Under the pieces are notes generated by a model that did not search any database, was not told the origin of the DNA, and saw nothing but the letters and a program-made list of their open reading frames with translations. From a virus: a stretch of DNA of 46,145 nucleotides. The stretch is taken from the UHGV virus genome UHGV-0144499, one strand, 5' to 3'. Each line of letters begins with the position of its first letter. Position 1 is the stretch's first letter. The position numbers and the translations under genes are program-made. Positions 8,754 to 17,998 of this stretch are shown piece after piece.

Positions 8754-9170
8754 ATGGCCGCCAAAATGAGAGGTATCCAGCAGGCGATTAAGCGCACCCA
8801 GCAGATAGTCGGCGAGATTACTGGTGAGAAAGCGGTGTCAGCAATAAAAGCCGCTACCTACATCATCAGGACTGAATCGGCGTCTATGACTCCAGTAGCT
8901 ACATCTGCGCTGATAAACAGCCAGTTTGACACCGTTGAGGTTAATGGCACTCGCATAACTGGCAAGATTGGGTATGCTGCCAATTACGCCCTGTATGTCC
9001 ATAATGCACCTGGTACGCTGCTGGGCACGAACACGCCACGCACAGGGAGACTTAAAGGAAAGGGAAATGTATGGGATAAGAGCGGCGAACCTAAATTTCT
9101 TCTCAAGGCTGGCGAAAACACACGCGAGCTTGTCGATCAGGTAATTAAAAAAGAGATGACGCTAAAATGA
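8754..9170 (+). CDS. HK97 gp10-family tail component / head-tail connector (138 aa)
   Basis: YAxYVHxG-type motif (ANYALYVHNAPG) characteristic of the HK97 gp10 family; neck position. Confidence 0.55.
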   Translation: MAAKMRGIQQAIKRTQQIVGEITGEKAVSAIKAATYIIRTESASMTPVATSALINSQFDTVEVNGTRITGKIGYAANYALYVHNAPGTLLGTNTPRTGRLKGKGNVWDKSGEPKFLLKAGENTRELVDQVIKKEMTLK

Positions 9171-9550
9171 GAGATATGCTTGAGCTTGTTGACCAGTACC
9201 TCAGCGATGCCGGTCTTTATGATGGGTGGACTTCTCAGCTTGAGTTCTGGAACGATACCGAAGTTGGCACAGACCGGTTTATGGTGCTGCAATCCAATGG
9301 CGGCACGAACGTAAGCAAAGACCTCAGCAATGATTATTATTTTTCGCTCTATATTGTCGGCCAGCAGGGTCAGTACAACATCGAAGAAACAAAGGCAAAA
9401 GCGCTTGATGTCATCGCATACATCAAAGAACATCCAGTTGATAGTTGTATTGGCATGATTCAGTTGCAGGCTCCGCTTGGTCGCCCTACGCTTACGACAG
9501 AGCAACGGCCTGTTTATGAGTTATTGCTGAGGGTTGTTTTTGGTGAGTGA
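9167..9550 (+). CDS. putative tail terminator / tail completion protein (127 aa)
   Basis: ATGA-coupled to previous gene; last neck gene before tail tube. Confidence 0.4.
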   Translation: MRDMLELVDQYLSDAGLYDGWTSQLEFWNDTEVGTDRFMVLQSNGGTNVSKDLSNDYYFSLYIVGQQGQYNIEETKAKALDVIAYIKEHPVDSCIGMIQLQAPLGRPTLTTEQRPVYELLLRVVFGE

Positions 9551-9627
9551 TGGTTCCCGCGACAGGATTCGAACCTGTAATCATCCGATTATGAGCCGGG
9601 TGCTTTAACCAGTTAAGCTAAACGGGA
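9551..9627 (-). tRNA. tRNA-Met/Ile2 (anticodon CAT), encoded CCA
   Basis: Hand-folded cloverleaf: acceptor tcccgtt/cgcggga (one mismatch), D-arm gctt...aagc, anticodon loop ctCATaa, T-arm acagg-ttcgaat-cctgt, 3' CCA. Confidence 0.6.
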
Positions 9628-9630
9628 ATT

Positions 9631-9707
9631 TGGTGCACCATACTGGATTCGAACCAGTTACCGATTGCTTAGAAGGCAATTGCTCTATCCTGATGAGCTA
9701 ATGGTGC
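9631..9707 (-). tRNA. tRNA-Arg (anticodon TCT), encoded CCA
   Basis: Perfect cloverleaf: acceptor gcaccat/atggtgc, D-arm gctc...gagc, anticodon stem attgc/gcaat with loop ctTCTaa, T-arm actgg-ttcgaat-ccagt, disc A, CCA. Confidence 0.8.
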
Positions 9708-9798
9708 GTTGTGTTGTTGATTCGAATCTACACCACCAATCAAAACCTGTCAACATGATATAATGCGATTGTTTAGCTAAACACAGAGGATTCTAAAC

Positions 9799-10554
9799 AT
9801 GGCTATTTGTGCAAATGATAACGGCATCATCACAGGTCGCCAGTCTCTCATTGAGCTGGCTGATGGCTGCTGGGATGCTGTGCCAGCAGAGGAAGACTGG
9901 AAGTTTTTTGCTCCCATGACCTCAAAAGGCGTCGACTTCAGTCCAAGCACCACCACTTCAGAGGCTGATGATGGCGATGGCTTTGTCGCCACGCTGGTCA
10001 CTACGGCAGACCTCACCATTTCCGGTGATTTTGAAGTTCGCAAGGCTGACAAGGCTGATGAGTATGGCGTGCACAACCTCATCAAATACTTTGTCACCGA
10101 AGTAAAAGCGCGTCGCCAGCCGTCGCTGTGGGTTCGCCAGACCACCGGTAATACTGTTGTCGTGGCTTACTGCAACATTACCGCTCTGAGCTACGATGGC
10201 GGCACCAACGACATCATCACCGGCTCTGTTGAATTCAAGCCGTATGATGGCTCTACCGTTGACGTGTCCAGCATCGAAGACCTGACGCTGACTACTGATA
10301 TCAGCAAAACAAAAAGCGTTGCCACTGGCGCCACTCTGACGCTCGGTCCGGTGGTTGCGGCTGGCGGTGTAGAGCCTTATACCTACCAATGGTATAAAGG
10401 CGCCACGCCGATCAGCGATGCTAATACCAGCACGTTCACCAAGGCCACTGCTGCCGCAGGTGATGCTGGTACGTACTTCTGCCGCGTGATGGACTCGGCA
10501 ACCAGTCCTGATTACGTTGACTCTACTAAGTGTGTCGTCACCGTGACCGGATAA
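9799..10554 (+). CDS. major tail (tube) protein with C-terminal Ig-like (Big_2-type) domain (251 aa)
   Basis: Preceded by extended -10 TGATATAAT and RBS AGAGGA; C-terminal ~85 aa (TTDISKT...PYTYQWYKGATPISDANTSTFTKATAAAGDAGTYFCRVMD) is a typical bacterial Ig-like fold decoration; strong terminator follows. Confidence 0.7.
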   Translation: MAICANDNGIITGRQSLIELADGCWDAVPAEEDWKFFAPMTSKGVDFSPSTTTSEADDGDGFVATLVTTADLTISGDFEVRKADKADEYGVHNLIKYFVTEVKARRQPSLWVRQTTGNTVVVAYCNITALSYDGGTNDIITGSVEFKPYDGSTVDVSSIEDLTLTTDISKTKSVATGATLTLGPVVAAGGVEPYTYQWYKGATPISDANTSTFTKATAAAGDAGTYFCRVMDSATSPDYVDSTKCVVTVTG

Positions 10555-10555
10555 A

Positions 10556-10584
10556 GAAAACCCCCGAAAGGGGGTTTATTTTTT
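10556..10584. terminator. bidirectional rho-independent terminator
   Basis: aaaccccc-gaaa-gggggttt followed by ATTTTTT. Confidence 0.6.
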
Positions 10585-10618
10585 CAGCAATGAAGATGCG
10601 TGGACTATTGAAGTGGCA

Positions 10619-10897
10619 TCAATGACCATCACCGCTATCCTCACTACTAATCGCTTCATCAAGTTGCCGTCGCAACATGCACAGCGCACCATGCGGCATA
10701 AACTGATTAGCCATGCCATCGAATATCTGGCGGTTTAATTTATTATCAATGCGCGGCCTTATTGCAGACCAGCATGACCTGATTGCACGATTTACTGGTC
10801 GGCGGTCCAGCATTGCGAGTCGTGCAGCTAACTCAATGGTCACAAGCGCATCAAGATACTGTTCGCAGGCATAGCGATTTTCGTTATCCATCATCAT
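10619..10897 (-). CDS. hypothetical protein (92 aa)
   Basis: ORF downstream of HNH gene in reverse cassette. Confidence 0.5.
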   Translation of the reverse strand: MMMDNENRYACEQYLDALVTIELAARLAMLDRRPVNRAIRSCWSAIRPRIDNKLNRQIFDGMANQFMPHGALCMLRRQLDEAISSEDSGDGH

Positions 10898-11379
10898 TTA
10901 CCATGGTTCTCATGAAAATCATACTTAACCTCCGCCTTTCTCCTTGCTTCAGCGGCCATATTTAAGTCAGAAAACAATCCAAGATGAATCTTTACGCCAT
11001 CAACTTTTATGTTTGAGGCCCATTTTTTATGTTGTTTATCCCATGAAACACCAGTAACACCTGATTTGTTTGTCACCCTGAACTTCATGTTGTGATTATT
11101 CTCTTTTGGAGTGACAAGCCTGAGGTTATCTATCTTATTGTTTGTTTTATTGTGGTCTATATGATCAATCTGCATTCCGTCAGGAATTTTCCCATTATGC
11201 ATTTCCCAGATGATGCGATGAACAAGATACTTGACGCCATAGATTCCAACAATCTTATATCCATTGCCTCCTACCGCCTTCACCTCGCTTCCGATTTTCA
11301 CTCTGTTTGAGGTTCTTATCTTCCAGTAAATAGCCCCATCACAATAATAAAAAATATCTGACCAATCAGTTATTTTCAT
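10894..11379 (-). CDS. HNH-AP2 homing endonuclease (161 aa)
   Basis: HNH_3 motif DHIDHNKTNNKIDNLRLVTPKENNHN followed by AP2 DNA-binding domain (VTGVSWDKQHKKWASNIKVDGVKIHLGLF); free-standing between tail-tube and chaperone genes. Confidence 0.75.
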   Translation of the reverse strand: MKITDWSDIFYYCDGAIYWKIRTSNRVKIGSEVKAVGGNGYKIVGIYGVKYLVHRIIWEMHNGKIPDGMQIDHIDHNKTNNKIDNLRLVTPKENNHNMKFRVTNKSGVTGVSWDKQHKKWASNIKVDGVKIHLGLFSDLNMAAEARRKAEVKYDFHENHGK

Positions 11380-11500
11380 CGAATGTCACCCCTACCATTG
11401 CAAGTAATTTTTTCGCCATCAACTCGGCCTCATCATAGGTAAACCCGCAATCAACGTACAGGTCGATGTAAAATCTCAAATCAGCATCAGTCTCGTTCAT
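11378..11500 (-). CDS. small ORF (40 aa)
   Basis: ATGA overlap with HNH gene start; hand-translated. Confidence 0.3.
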
Positions 11501-11528
11501 ATGTCAAACCCTCAATCACCTTATGCTT

Positions 11529-11569
11529 TCAATCTACGTCAGTTTCGCGCCCCCTGTCAATGGTATAAT
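11529..11569. promoter_or_regulatory. promoter region: TCAATCTACGTCAG motif (minus-direction -35) and plus-direction extended -10 TGGTATAAT
   Basis: Motif 11529-11542; TGGTATAAT 11561-11569 upstream of chaperone/TMP operon. Confidence 0.4.
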
Positions 11570-11597
11570 TACATCATTATGAAAACAGGATTTAGAC

Positions 11598-12305
11598 ATG
11601 AGACAACGCACACCGCTAACAGAAATCGGAGAGATGCGCATCTCCCTGGCTGACAAGTCTTTTTTCTTCAAGCCATCATTTGCGGCGATGAATGATCTTG
11701 GTTCACCGAAAGAGATTGTCGAGCTGTACGCTACGCTTAATGGCTATGAATACGCGGCCATACTCGGCGCCATTCAGTCATTGCCATATGGCGCGCAGAT
11801 TCAGGTGGCAAAAATCCTGTCACGTCCTGCCTATGGCAAGAAAGTGCTCAGCGCCGCCTGTCTCATCATGCAATCCTGCTGCGATGATGATGTTTCGGTG
11901 CTCATTGGGTCATGGAAGCCGACTCTGCGCGGTGTGAAGTACATCACCGGAAGAATGCCAGTAAATGACATTATTATTATTGCTCGCAACCTGATGGAGC
12001 ATGGCATCATCGGCAAGTCTCCGCTCAAGGTTCCTCAGCGCTCGGAAAACCAAAAGCGTACAACCAGTGAGTTGAGAATGTCGGATTACATCATCTCAGC
12101 TCGCACCCATTTCGGAATCACCCGTGAGGAAGCCGAAGACCTGACCATGACCGAGTATCAGCAGATGATAAAATCAAAATACCCGGAACCGGAAGGCATG
12201 ACGCGCGAGCAGTATGATGCGTCTTATGAACGGGCCAAGCTGAATAAACAGAAACTGAAAGAGAAAGCCGCCAGAAAGGCCGCTAAAAGCAAAGGAGCAA
12301 AATAA
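11598..12305 (+). CDS. tail assembly chaperone (235 aa)
   Basis: Only gene between tail tube and tape measure; TAATG-coupled to TMP; Lys-rich C-terminus. Confidence 0.5.
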   Translation: MRQRTPLTEIGEMRISLADKSFFFKPSFAAMNDLGSPKEIVELYATLNGYEYAAILGAIQSLPYGAQIQVAKILSRPAYGKKVLSAACLIMQSCCDDDVSVLIGSWKPTLRGVKYITGRMPVNDIIIIARNLMEHGIIGKSPLKVPQRSENQKRTTSELRMSDYIISARTHFGITREEAEDLTMTEYQQMIKSKYPEPEGMTREQYDASYERAKLNKQKLKEKAARKAAKSKGAK

Positions 12306-15300
12306 TGGCAGAAGAAGTTGGCGGCATTGTCTATGAGGTTGGCATTGATACATCTCAGTTAGCGGCTGGCAGTCGTGAAATAGAGTCAATGCTAAATGAC
12401 CTTAGTGGGAACATGGGGCGGCTCGAGGCCAGTGTAAACAGGACGGAGCGCTCTATAAGCTCAATGGAAGGAACCATGTCGAGCCTCACCGGGGTTGCAA
12501 AAGGCTTGCTTGCCGCGCTCTCTGTGCAACAGGTCGGAGCCTACGCTCAGGCGTGGCAGGATATGAGTAACAAACTCTCTAACGCCGTCAGAGATTCGGT
12601 TCCGCCGTTTGAAACCCTTGCCGATGTAACTAATCGTGTTTTTGATATCGCGCAAAAAACACGCTCAGGACTGGACGCAACGGCCACCCTGTACGCCAGA
12701 CTTGAGAGGTCTACCAGAAGCTATGGTGTAAGCGTGGAAGACCTGACAAGGCTGACAACAATAATCAATCAGGGTTTTGTTGTATCAGGAGCGTCAGCTG
12801 AGGAGGCGAGCAACGCAATTATACAGCTTGCACAAGGCATGGCATCTGGCGCCCTTCGAGGAGATGAGTTTAACTCAGTAAACGAGCAGGGAAACCGGCT
12901 CATGATAGCTCTTGCCGACTCTCTTGGCGTTGGGATTGGCGAGCTTAGAAATATGGCCGCCCAAGGCAAATTGACAACTGATGTTATAGTTAATGGCCTT
13001 CTTTCGCAGGGAGACAGTATTGGGAGGGAGTTCGCCAAAACAACTTCTACCATCAGCCAGTCTCTGGAGATAGCCGGAAATAACGTTGCAAGATTCTTTG
13101 GGGAAAACGCAACGGTAAAAACAGGCGTAAAAATCTTTAGCGACTCAGTGATACTGGCCAGTGAAAACATTCAGGCTCTCGGTACAGCGCTAACCATTGT
13201 AGCTGGCGTAATGGGGAGCCGTTATGTTGGCGCGCTGGCAATGTCCACTGCCGCGAAAATATCAGATATAGCAGCATCAAGACAGCAATTAATAGCTGAG
13301 AACCAGCAGGCACAATCAGCACTTGTGGCTGCAAATTCCGCGCAGAGGAAGGCTTTAGCTGATAAAGAGGCGGCGCTATCATCTCTGGCGCTTGCTCAGG
13401 CTGAATATAACGTAGCAAAAGGCAGTGCAGCCGAGATGCTGGCGCTTGATGCTCTGGTTGCAGCAAAATCAAGAGCTAGTGCCGCGTCACTATCCCTTGC
13501 TCAGGCTGAAAACGCACAGGCTACGGCATCAGCGAGAGCAGCATCCGCGGCAAGCGCTGCATCGGTAGGAATTGGCCTTGCCAGAGGTGCTCTTTCATTG
13601 ATAGGCGGGCCAGCAGGCGCGGCGATGTTAGCAGCGGGGGCAATATTTTACTTTTGGCAGAAAGCACAGCAAGCCAGAGAAGAAGCAATCCGCTTTGCCG
13701 ATAGTCTGGACAAAGTAAACGACTCAATGAAGGCGATGAATAATACCCAACTCAGGGGGGTGATAGCTGACGCCAATATTTCAATTTCGGCGCAAAAGGA
13801 TACTGTGAGAAATCTGCAAAGTGAAGTTGATGCACTTCGTGAGAGGTATCTCAGCTTCACCCCCGCCGCGCAAGAGGTGGCAGAATCTCTTGGTCAAGGG
13901 TCGCAATTTGCTTCTGATCAGGAAAGGGTGCTCAATGAATTAAATAAAAAATCAAGAGATTTAGCTGATGCTCAGGATAAACTAGCAAGAACTCAGGACA
14001 CGGCAGCAGAAGCAAGCAGAACCCTAACAAACAACATGCTTACCTCAATGGGGGTACATGATGGCCTGATTGAGAAAGGCTCGACTCTTGAGGGAGTGCA
14101 GGGGGCGGTGGCAAGAGCATTTGGATTGACTGCCGATGAGATAAACAGAGCAAACCAAGCCGGGCAAAACTTCAACCCCAAATCCTTGCAGGTGTCAGCC
14201 CCAACAAAAGAAGCTGATAAGATGATTCTCAGTCTTGAGGAGCAGGCTCAGCTTTTAAAAATACAGGATGAAAGACAGAGGGCGGTAACAAAAGCACGAC
14301 TGGAGGCTCAAAAGGTAACTGATAACCCCAATCAGATAGCTAGAGCTGCTGAACTTGCGGGCCAGATATATGATTTAAATGAGGCTGAGAAAGCAAGAGA
14401 AAAAGCGCAAAATGATTCTCAATCAGCGGCCCAAAAAGCCGCCACAGAGCAGGAGAATATCGCTAATAAACTTGAGCAACTCCGCCAGAAGTCACTGTTT
14501 ACCGCTGAAAGTACAAGAGAGCTTAGCCGTGAACAGTCAATACTGGCTGCTCAGCAATCCCTTGGCAAGGGCGCCACTCAGGAGCAAATTAACCTTGCCG
14601 GGCAATATGCGGCTAAAGCATGGGATAATGCCAACGCGATAAAGGCGCAGGCAGAAGCGGAGAAAAAAAGAGTCGAAGCTGTCAAGGGGTTCGCTGCATT
14701 AAAATCGCAGACATCACCAATGTTTGCTGTTGAAACAAATTATCAGAAAGATTTAGCAGCGCTCAATGCTTACGCAGTAGCTTACCCGCAAAAGATAGCG
14801 GAGGTTGAGCAGGCCAGAGCAGCTATTGAGGAACAATACCGCCAGCAGCGTCTTGATGCCATGTGGCAGGAGTGGAGCCAGCAGAACGCGGCTACGCAAG
14901 CGGCCGCTGCTGCATTTGATGCTTTTGGGCAAACCGCAAGCAATGCCTTAACTGGCGTTCTGACTGGCTCAATGTCTGTTAGCGAGGCGCTACAGTCAAT
15001 CGGCAGCACTGTATTGAACGCTGTGATTAACTCATTCGTTCAGATGGGCGTGGAGTGGCTTAAATCGGTGATTATGGGTCAGGTTGGGATGACCGCAGCC
15101 GCAGGAATGGCGGCGGCTCAGGCTCAGATAATTGCAGCGGCAATGGCACCAGCAGCAGCAATGACCTCACTTGCTACAGCTGGTGCGAACGCAATCCCTG
15201 CACAGGCTGGCATTGTTTCCACCGTTGGTGTAGCTCAAGCAATGTCGGTTGCTGGAGCATTGAAGAATGGTGGACCTGCGCAGGCTGGCTCAATGTATCA

Positions 15301-15598
15301 GGTCGGCGAGAACAACCTCCCTGAAATCTTCCAGGCCAGCAATGGCAATCAGTACATGATACCCGGGGACAACGGAAAGGTTATCAGCAATAAAGACCTT
15401 ACCGGCGGCGGCAGTGGTATCATTATTTATAATAATGTCACCAATAACAGCAGCGGAGCAACAACAACTACCAGTGCCAGAGACAATGGAGATGGGTCTG
15501 TTACAATTGAGACGATTGTGGCAGATATCGAGGCTGGCGGGCCGATATCAAACGCGATTACCAGCCATACTACTGCAACCAGAAGGGCAACAGAGTAA
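12305..15598 (+). CDS. tail tape measure protein (1097 aa)
   Basis: RBS AGGAG; very long Ala/Gln-rich coiled-coil protein with hydrophobic C-terminal segments, directly downstream of chaperone. Confidence 0.85.
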   Translation: MAEEVGGIVYEVGIDTSQLAAGSREIESMLNDLSGNMGRLEASVNRTERSISSMEGTMSSLTGVAKGLLAALSVQQVGAYAQAWQDMSNKLSNAVRDSVPPFETLADVTNRVFDIAQKTRSGLDATATLYARLERSTRSYGVSVEDLTRLTTIINQGFVVSGASAEEASNAIIQLAQGMASGALRGDEFNSVNEQGNRLMIALADSLGVGIGELRNMAAQGKLTTDVIVNGLLSQGDSIGREFAKTTSTISQSLEIAGNNVARFFGENATVKTGVKIFSDSVILASENIQALGTALTIVAGVMGSRYVGALAMSTAAKISDIAASRQQLIAENQQAQSALVAANSAQRKALADKEAALSSLALAQAEYNVAKGSAAEMLALDALVAAKSRASAASLSLAQAENAQATASARAASAASAASVGIGLARGALSLIGGPAGAAMLAAGAIFYFWQKAQQAREEAIRFADSLDKVNDSMKAMNNTQLRGVIADANISISAQKDTVRNLQSEVDALRERYLSFTPAAQEVAESLGQGSQFASDQERVLNELNKKSRDLADAQDKLARTQDTAAEASRTLTNNMLTSMGVHDGLIEKGSTLEGVQGAVARAFGLTADEINRANQAGQNFNPKSLQVSAPTKEADKMILSLEEQAQLLKIQDERQRAVTKARLEAQKVTDNPNQIARAAELAGQIYDLNEAEKAREKAQNDSQSAAQKAATEQENIANKLEQLRQKSLFTAESTRELSREQSILAAQQSLGKGATQEQINLAGQYAAKAWDNANAIKAQAEAEKKRVEAVKGFAALKSQTSPMFAVETNYQKDLAALNAYAVAYPQKIAEVEQARAAIEEQYRQQRLDAMWQEWSQQNAATQAAAAAFDAFGQTASNALTGVLTGSMSVSEALQSIGSTVLNAVINSFVQMGVEWLKSVIMGQVGMTAAAGMAAAQAQIIAAAMAPAAAMTSLATAGANAIPAQAGIVSTVGVAQAMSVAGALKNGGPAQAGSMYQVGENNLPEIFQASNGNQYMIPGDNGKVISNKDLTGGGSGIIIYNNVTNNSSGATTTTSARDNGDGSVTIETIVADIEAGGPISNAITSHTTATRRATE

Positions 15599-15606
15599 AC
15601 TATTTG

Positions 15607-15632
15607 ACCCCGCTATTGCGGGGTTATTTTGT
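15607..15632. terminator. bidirectional rho-independent terminator
   Basis: accccgc-tatt-gcggggt then TATTTTGT; stop codon of the minus-strand gene lies in the loop. Confidence 0.65.
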
Positions 15633-16503
15633 CTATCTCCATCATCAAGTCAGGAGTTCTAATCACCCACTCTGTACATCCATCAAAACCAGAAAGACCA
15701 GCCGATTTAAATTTGCTGTGAAAGTGCGACTCTATTTTTGCAGCATTAAATCCAGTTGTTTTTATCATCTTGATGACATTGAATTGGAATGGGGTATTTT
15801 TTGTTAATCTTCTAATCCTTTCAATTTTGTTGTGCGTGACGCCAATTTTAATCACCCCCAAAGACACAGACTCAAGGAAGTAAACATATGCTTTTTTTGT
15901 TGTTCTTTTGAATCCGTATTCTGCGCAATCCGGGCAACCCTGTCCATTAAGATGATTTGACGGTGCCTGCATGAAAACCCCATGCTCTTTGCAGGTGATG
16001 GCAACACTTTTGTTAGCTGATGTATAATCAACAAGAGAGTAATCATATTTGTTACCATGAACGGTGGCTGCTTTTATTACAAACTCTATAGTATTTGATC
16101 TGGTGCCTCCGCCGCAAAAATGACAACCGTGCCCAACCAGGTGCTTTTTCGGTGACTGCATGAAGTCACCGTGTATTCGGCAACAAATAACCATCTTATT
16201 AGATGTGTTTTTGTACGTATCTTTTTTATATGAATATCTTTCACCATGCACACTTATTGCTTTGCTAACGAAGTCATCGAAGGTCATCCTCCTTGAAGAC
16301 GTAACTATATCCCTAGCGCAATAATTACACCCAAATCCATACATGTGGTTAGATGGCGTTTGCTCAAAATCACCATGCATTGGACAGGTGATAATTACCT
16401 TTTCCTTTGAGTTAACGTACACGGATTTATCATAAATGTATTTGTCACCATGTACCGCTTTAGCTTTGGCAATAAATTCTTCGGTAGTTAGCTTGCGCAT
16501 CAT
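15613..16503 (-). CDS. T5orf172 (GIY-YIG-like) domain protein with three N-terminal Cys/His repeats; homing-endonuclease-like (296 aa)
   Basis: Three tandem ~45-aa repeats HG(D/E/N)KY.Y....................C..HG.F.Q.P..H..G.GC..C; C-terminal YVYFLESVSLGVIKIGVTHNKIERIRRL matches T5orf172/MUG113 core; inserted in reverse orientation between TMP and minor tail genes. Confidence 0.55.
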   Translation of the reverse strand: MMRKLTTEEFIAKAKAVHGDKYIYDKSVYVNSKEKVIITCPMHGDFEQTPSNHMYGFGCNYCARDIVTSSRRMTFDDFVSKAISVHGERYSYKKDTYKNTSNKMVICCRIHGDFMQSPKKHLVGHGCHFCGGGTRSNTIEFVIKAATVHGNKYDYSLVDYTSANKSVAITCKEHGVFMQAPSNHLNGQGCPDCAEYGFKRTTKKAYVYFLESVSLGVIKIGVTHNKIERIRRLTKNTPFQFNVIKMIKTTGFNAAKIESHFHSKFKSAGLSGFDGCTEWVIRTPDLMMEIDKITPQ

Positions 16504-16636
16504 TGAATCCTCGGTTAAAGGTGGTTTGAAGTGATGCAGCAGGCGATAACCAATCGCTTTTCGTCTGGCCGGACTAGCTGCACTGTGATTGTACCATCAA
16601 CGTGCTAAAATACAACAATACAAAATGGAGACCGCC

Positions 16637-17107
16637 ATGCCTATACCTTACCCGAGCTGGTTGCCTTTAGCGCAAAGAGCCAGCAAAAACCTAACGTTTC
16701 AGACTCCTTTCAGAAAGGATACGCCAGCTGTTGGCGCACCAATATTTCAAAAGTTAACTACCGATGTTGCAGTAACATGGAGTTTGACGTGGGTTTTTAC
16801 TCTGGAGCAAGACCGGGCTTTCATGCAGTGGTTAAGGAGTCCCAAGTATCTCAATAAATGCAACGAATGGTTTACAATGGATGTTGATCTTGGAGGTAGT
16901 GGAAGACAAAACCAGACATTGCATTTTACTGACTATCCAGTTCAAACCAGCATCAATGGTGGCGTCGTGACATGGACAGGAAATGTGATAGCAAAAACGC
17001 TAAACAATAGCGATGATGATTATGATGACATTATCGTAGAGTATCCACCAAACCAAAGATTGTGGCTTGATGAGATTGTTAACAGAGACTGGCCGGAGTA
17101 TCCATAA
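16637..17107 (+). CDS. minor tail protein (lambda M-like position)
   Basis: First gene after TMP; start moved to ATG with GGAG RBS (MPIPYPSW). Confidence 0.5.
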   Translation: MPIPYPSWLPLAQRASKNLTFQTPFRKDTPAVGAPIFQKLTTDVAVTWSLTWVFTLEQDRAFMQWLRSPKYLNKCNEWFTMDVDLGGSGRQNQTLHFTDYPVQTSINGGVVTWTGNVIAKTLNNSDDDYDDIIVEYPPNQRLWLDEIVNRDWPEYP

Positions 17108-17577
17108 TGCCAACATTGCGTGAATACCAGTCGAAAAGGCCAAACTGGAAGCTGTATGACACCATAACCTTTTATCATTCTTCATTTGGTTACGTCCGAC
17201 TAGTTGGCAACGAGTTTTCTGATATTGTACTTGGCGGTCAGACTTACCAGCCAGTGCGCATGGACGTAACCAGAAGTCAGCAATCAAACACGCCGGTAAT
17301 CAATGCCACGCTGAAGTTTGCAAGACTGGCTAATGACTTTAAGCAATATTTAAAGTTATGGTCAGGGTCTGGACGCATTGAGCCTATCACTGCGTTATAC
17401 CAGCGTTTTGACGAGACTGACAAAAACACACCATTAAAACCATATACGCTTTATGTTAACGATGTGACGCTTGATCAGTCTGATGTAACGGTCTCCATCT
17501 CCATAAAAAACCCAATCAATGGAAACGTGGCAAAACTTTATGACATCACAGAATTCCCCGGACTGCGTACCGTTTGA
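17107..17577 (+). CDS. minor tail protein (lambda L-like position)
   Basis: ATAATG coupling; synteny TMP-M-L-K-I/J. Confidence 0.5.
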   Translation: MPTLREYQSKRPNWKLYDTITFYHSSFGYVRLVGNEFSDIVLGGQTYQPVRMDVTRSQQSNTPVINATLKFARLANDFKQYLKLWSGSGRIEPITALYQRFDETDKNTPLKPYTLYVNDVTLDQSDVTVSISIKNPINGNVAKLYDITEFPGLRTV

Positions 17578-17593
17578 CGATTTTGAGCGGCTG

Positions 17594-17998
17594 ATGGCTG
17601 GAAAGCCATATGTTGACAGATGCTGTCACGTTGATGCAGTGGACTGCTGGGGTCTGGTAGTGCTGTTCTATCGCCTGTGCATGAATGTTAATGTCCATCA
17701 TGATGATTCATACTCAAATGGCGGCGATTTTGTTACGTGTTTCAATGGGGAAGTTTCATTCTGGAAAGACACCGATCGGCCAAAAATTGGCGATGTGGTG
17801 GTCGCATATCGCGGGAGTCATCCGGTACATGTCGCGCTGTGGTGGGGTCGTGATAAAATACTGCATGCGCGAGAGAAAACGGCAGTCAAGACAGACCGCC
17901 TTAAAACACTCGAAAAATTATCAACAAAATTAAGGTTCCTGACTTATGCCGGTTATTCACATTCAGAAGATGCCAGGAGTTCCAAAAGAGACGGGTAA
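17594..17998 (+). CDS. tail assembly protein, NlpC/P60 peptidase-like (lambda K-like)
   Basis: Cys-His-His arrangement DCWGLV...[11 protein letters not shown]...ILHA typical of NlpC/P60; start ambiguous (17519, 17540 or 17594). Confidence 0.55.
   Translation: MAGKPYVDRCCHVDAVDCWGLVVLFYRLCMNVNVHHDDSYSNGGDFVTCFNGEVSFWKDTDRPKIGDVVVAYRGSHPVHVALWWGRDKILHAREKTAVKTDRLKTLEKLSTKLRFLTYAGYSHSEDARSSKRDG

Noticed and set aside
9708-9740. Third tRNA next to tRNA-Arg
   Set aside because: It contains a T-loop-like GATTCGAATC, but no acceptor/anticodon stems can be paired; treated as a remnant only.
11692-11937. Overlapping + strand ORF inside the chaperone gene as a possible frameshift product
   Set aside because: Cys/Arg-rich junk-like translation; no slippery site recognised; it does not extend past the chaperone stop.
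12461-15009. Numerous antisense ORFs of 60-130 aa inside the tape measure gene (for example 12769..13170 -, 13137..13472 -)
   Set aside because: They lie fully inside a long, well-supported, RBS-preceded gene, have no RBS, and are low-complexity translations of the Ala/Gln-rich reverse complement; judged spurious.
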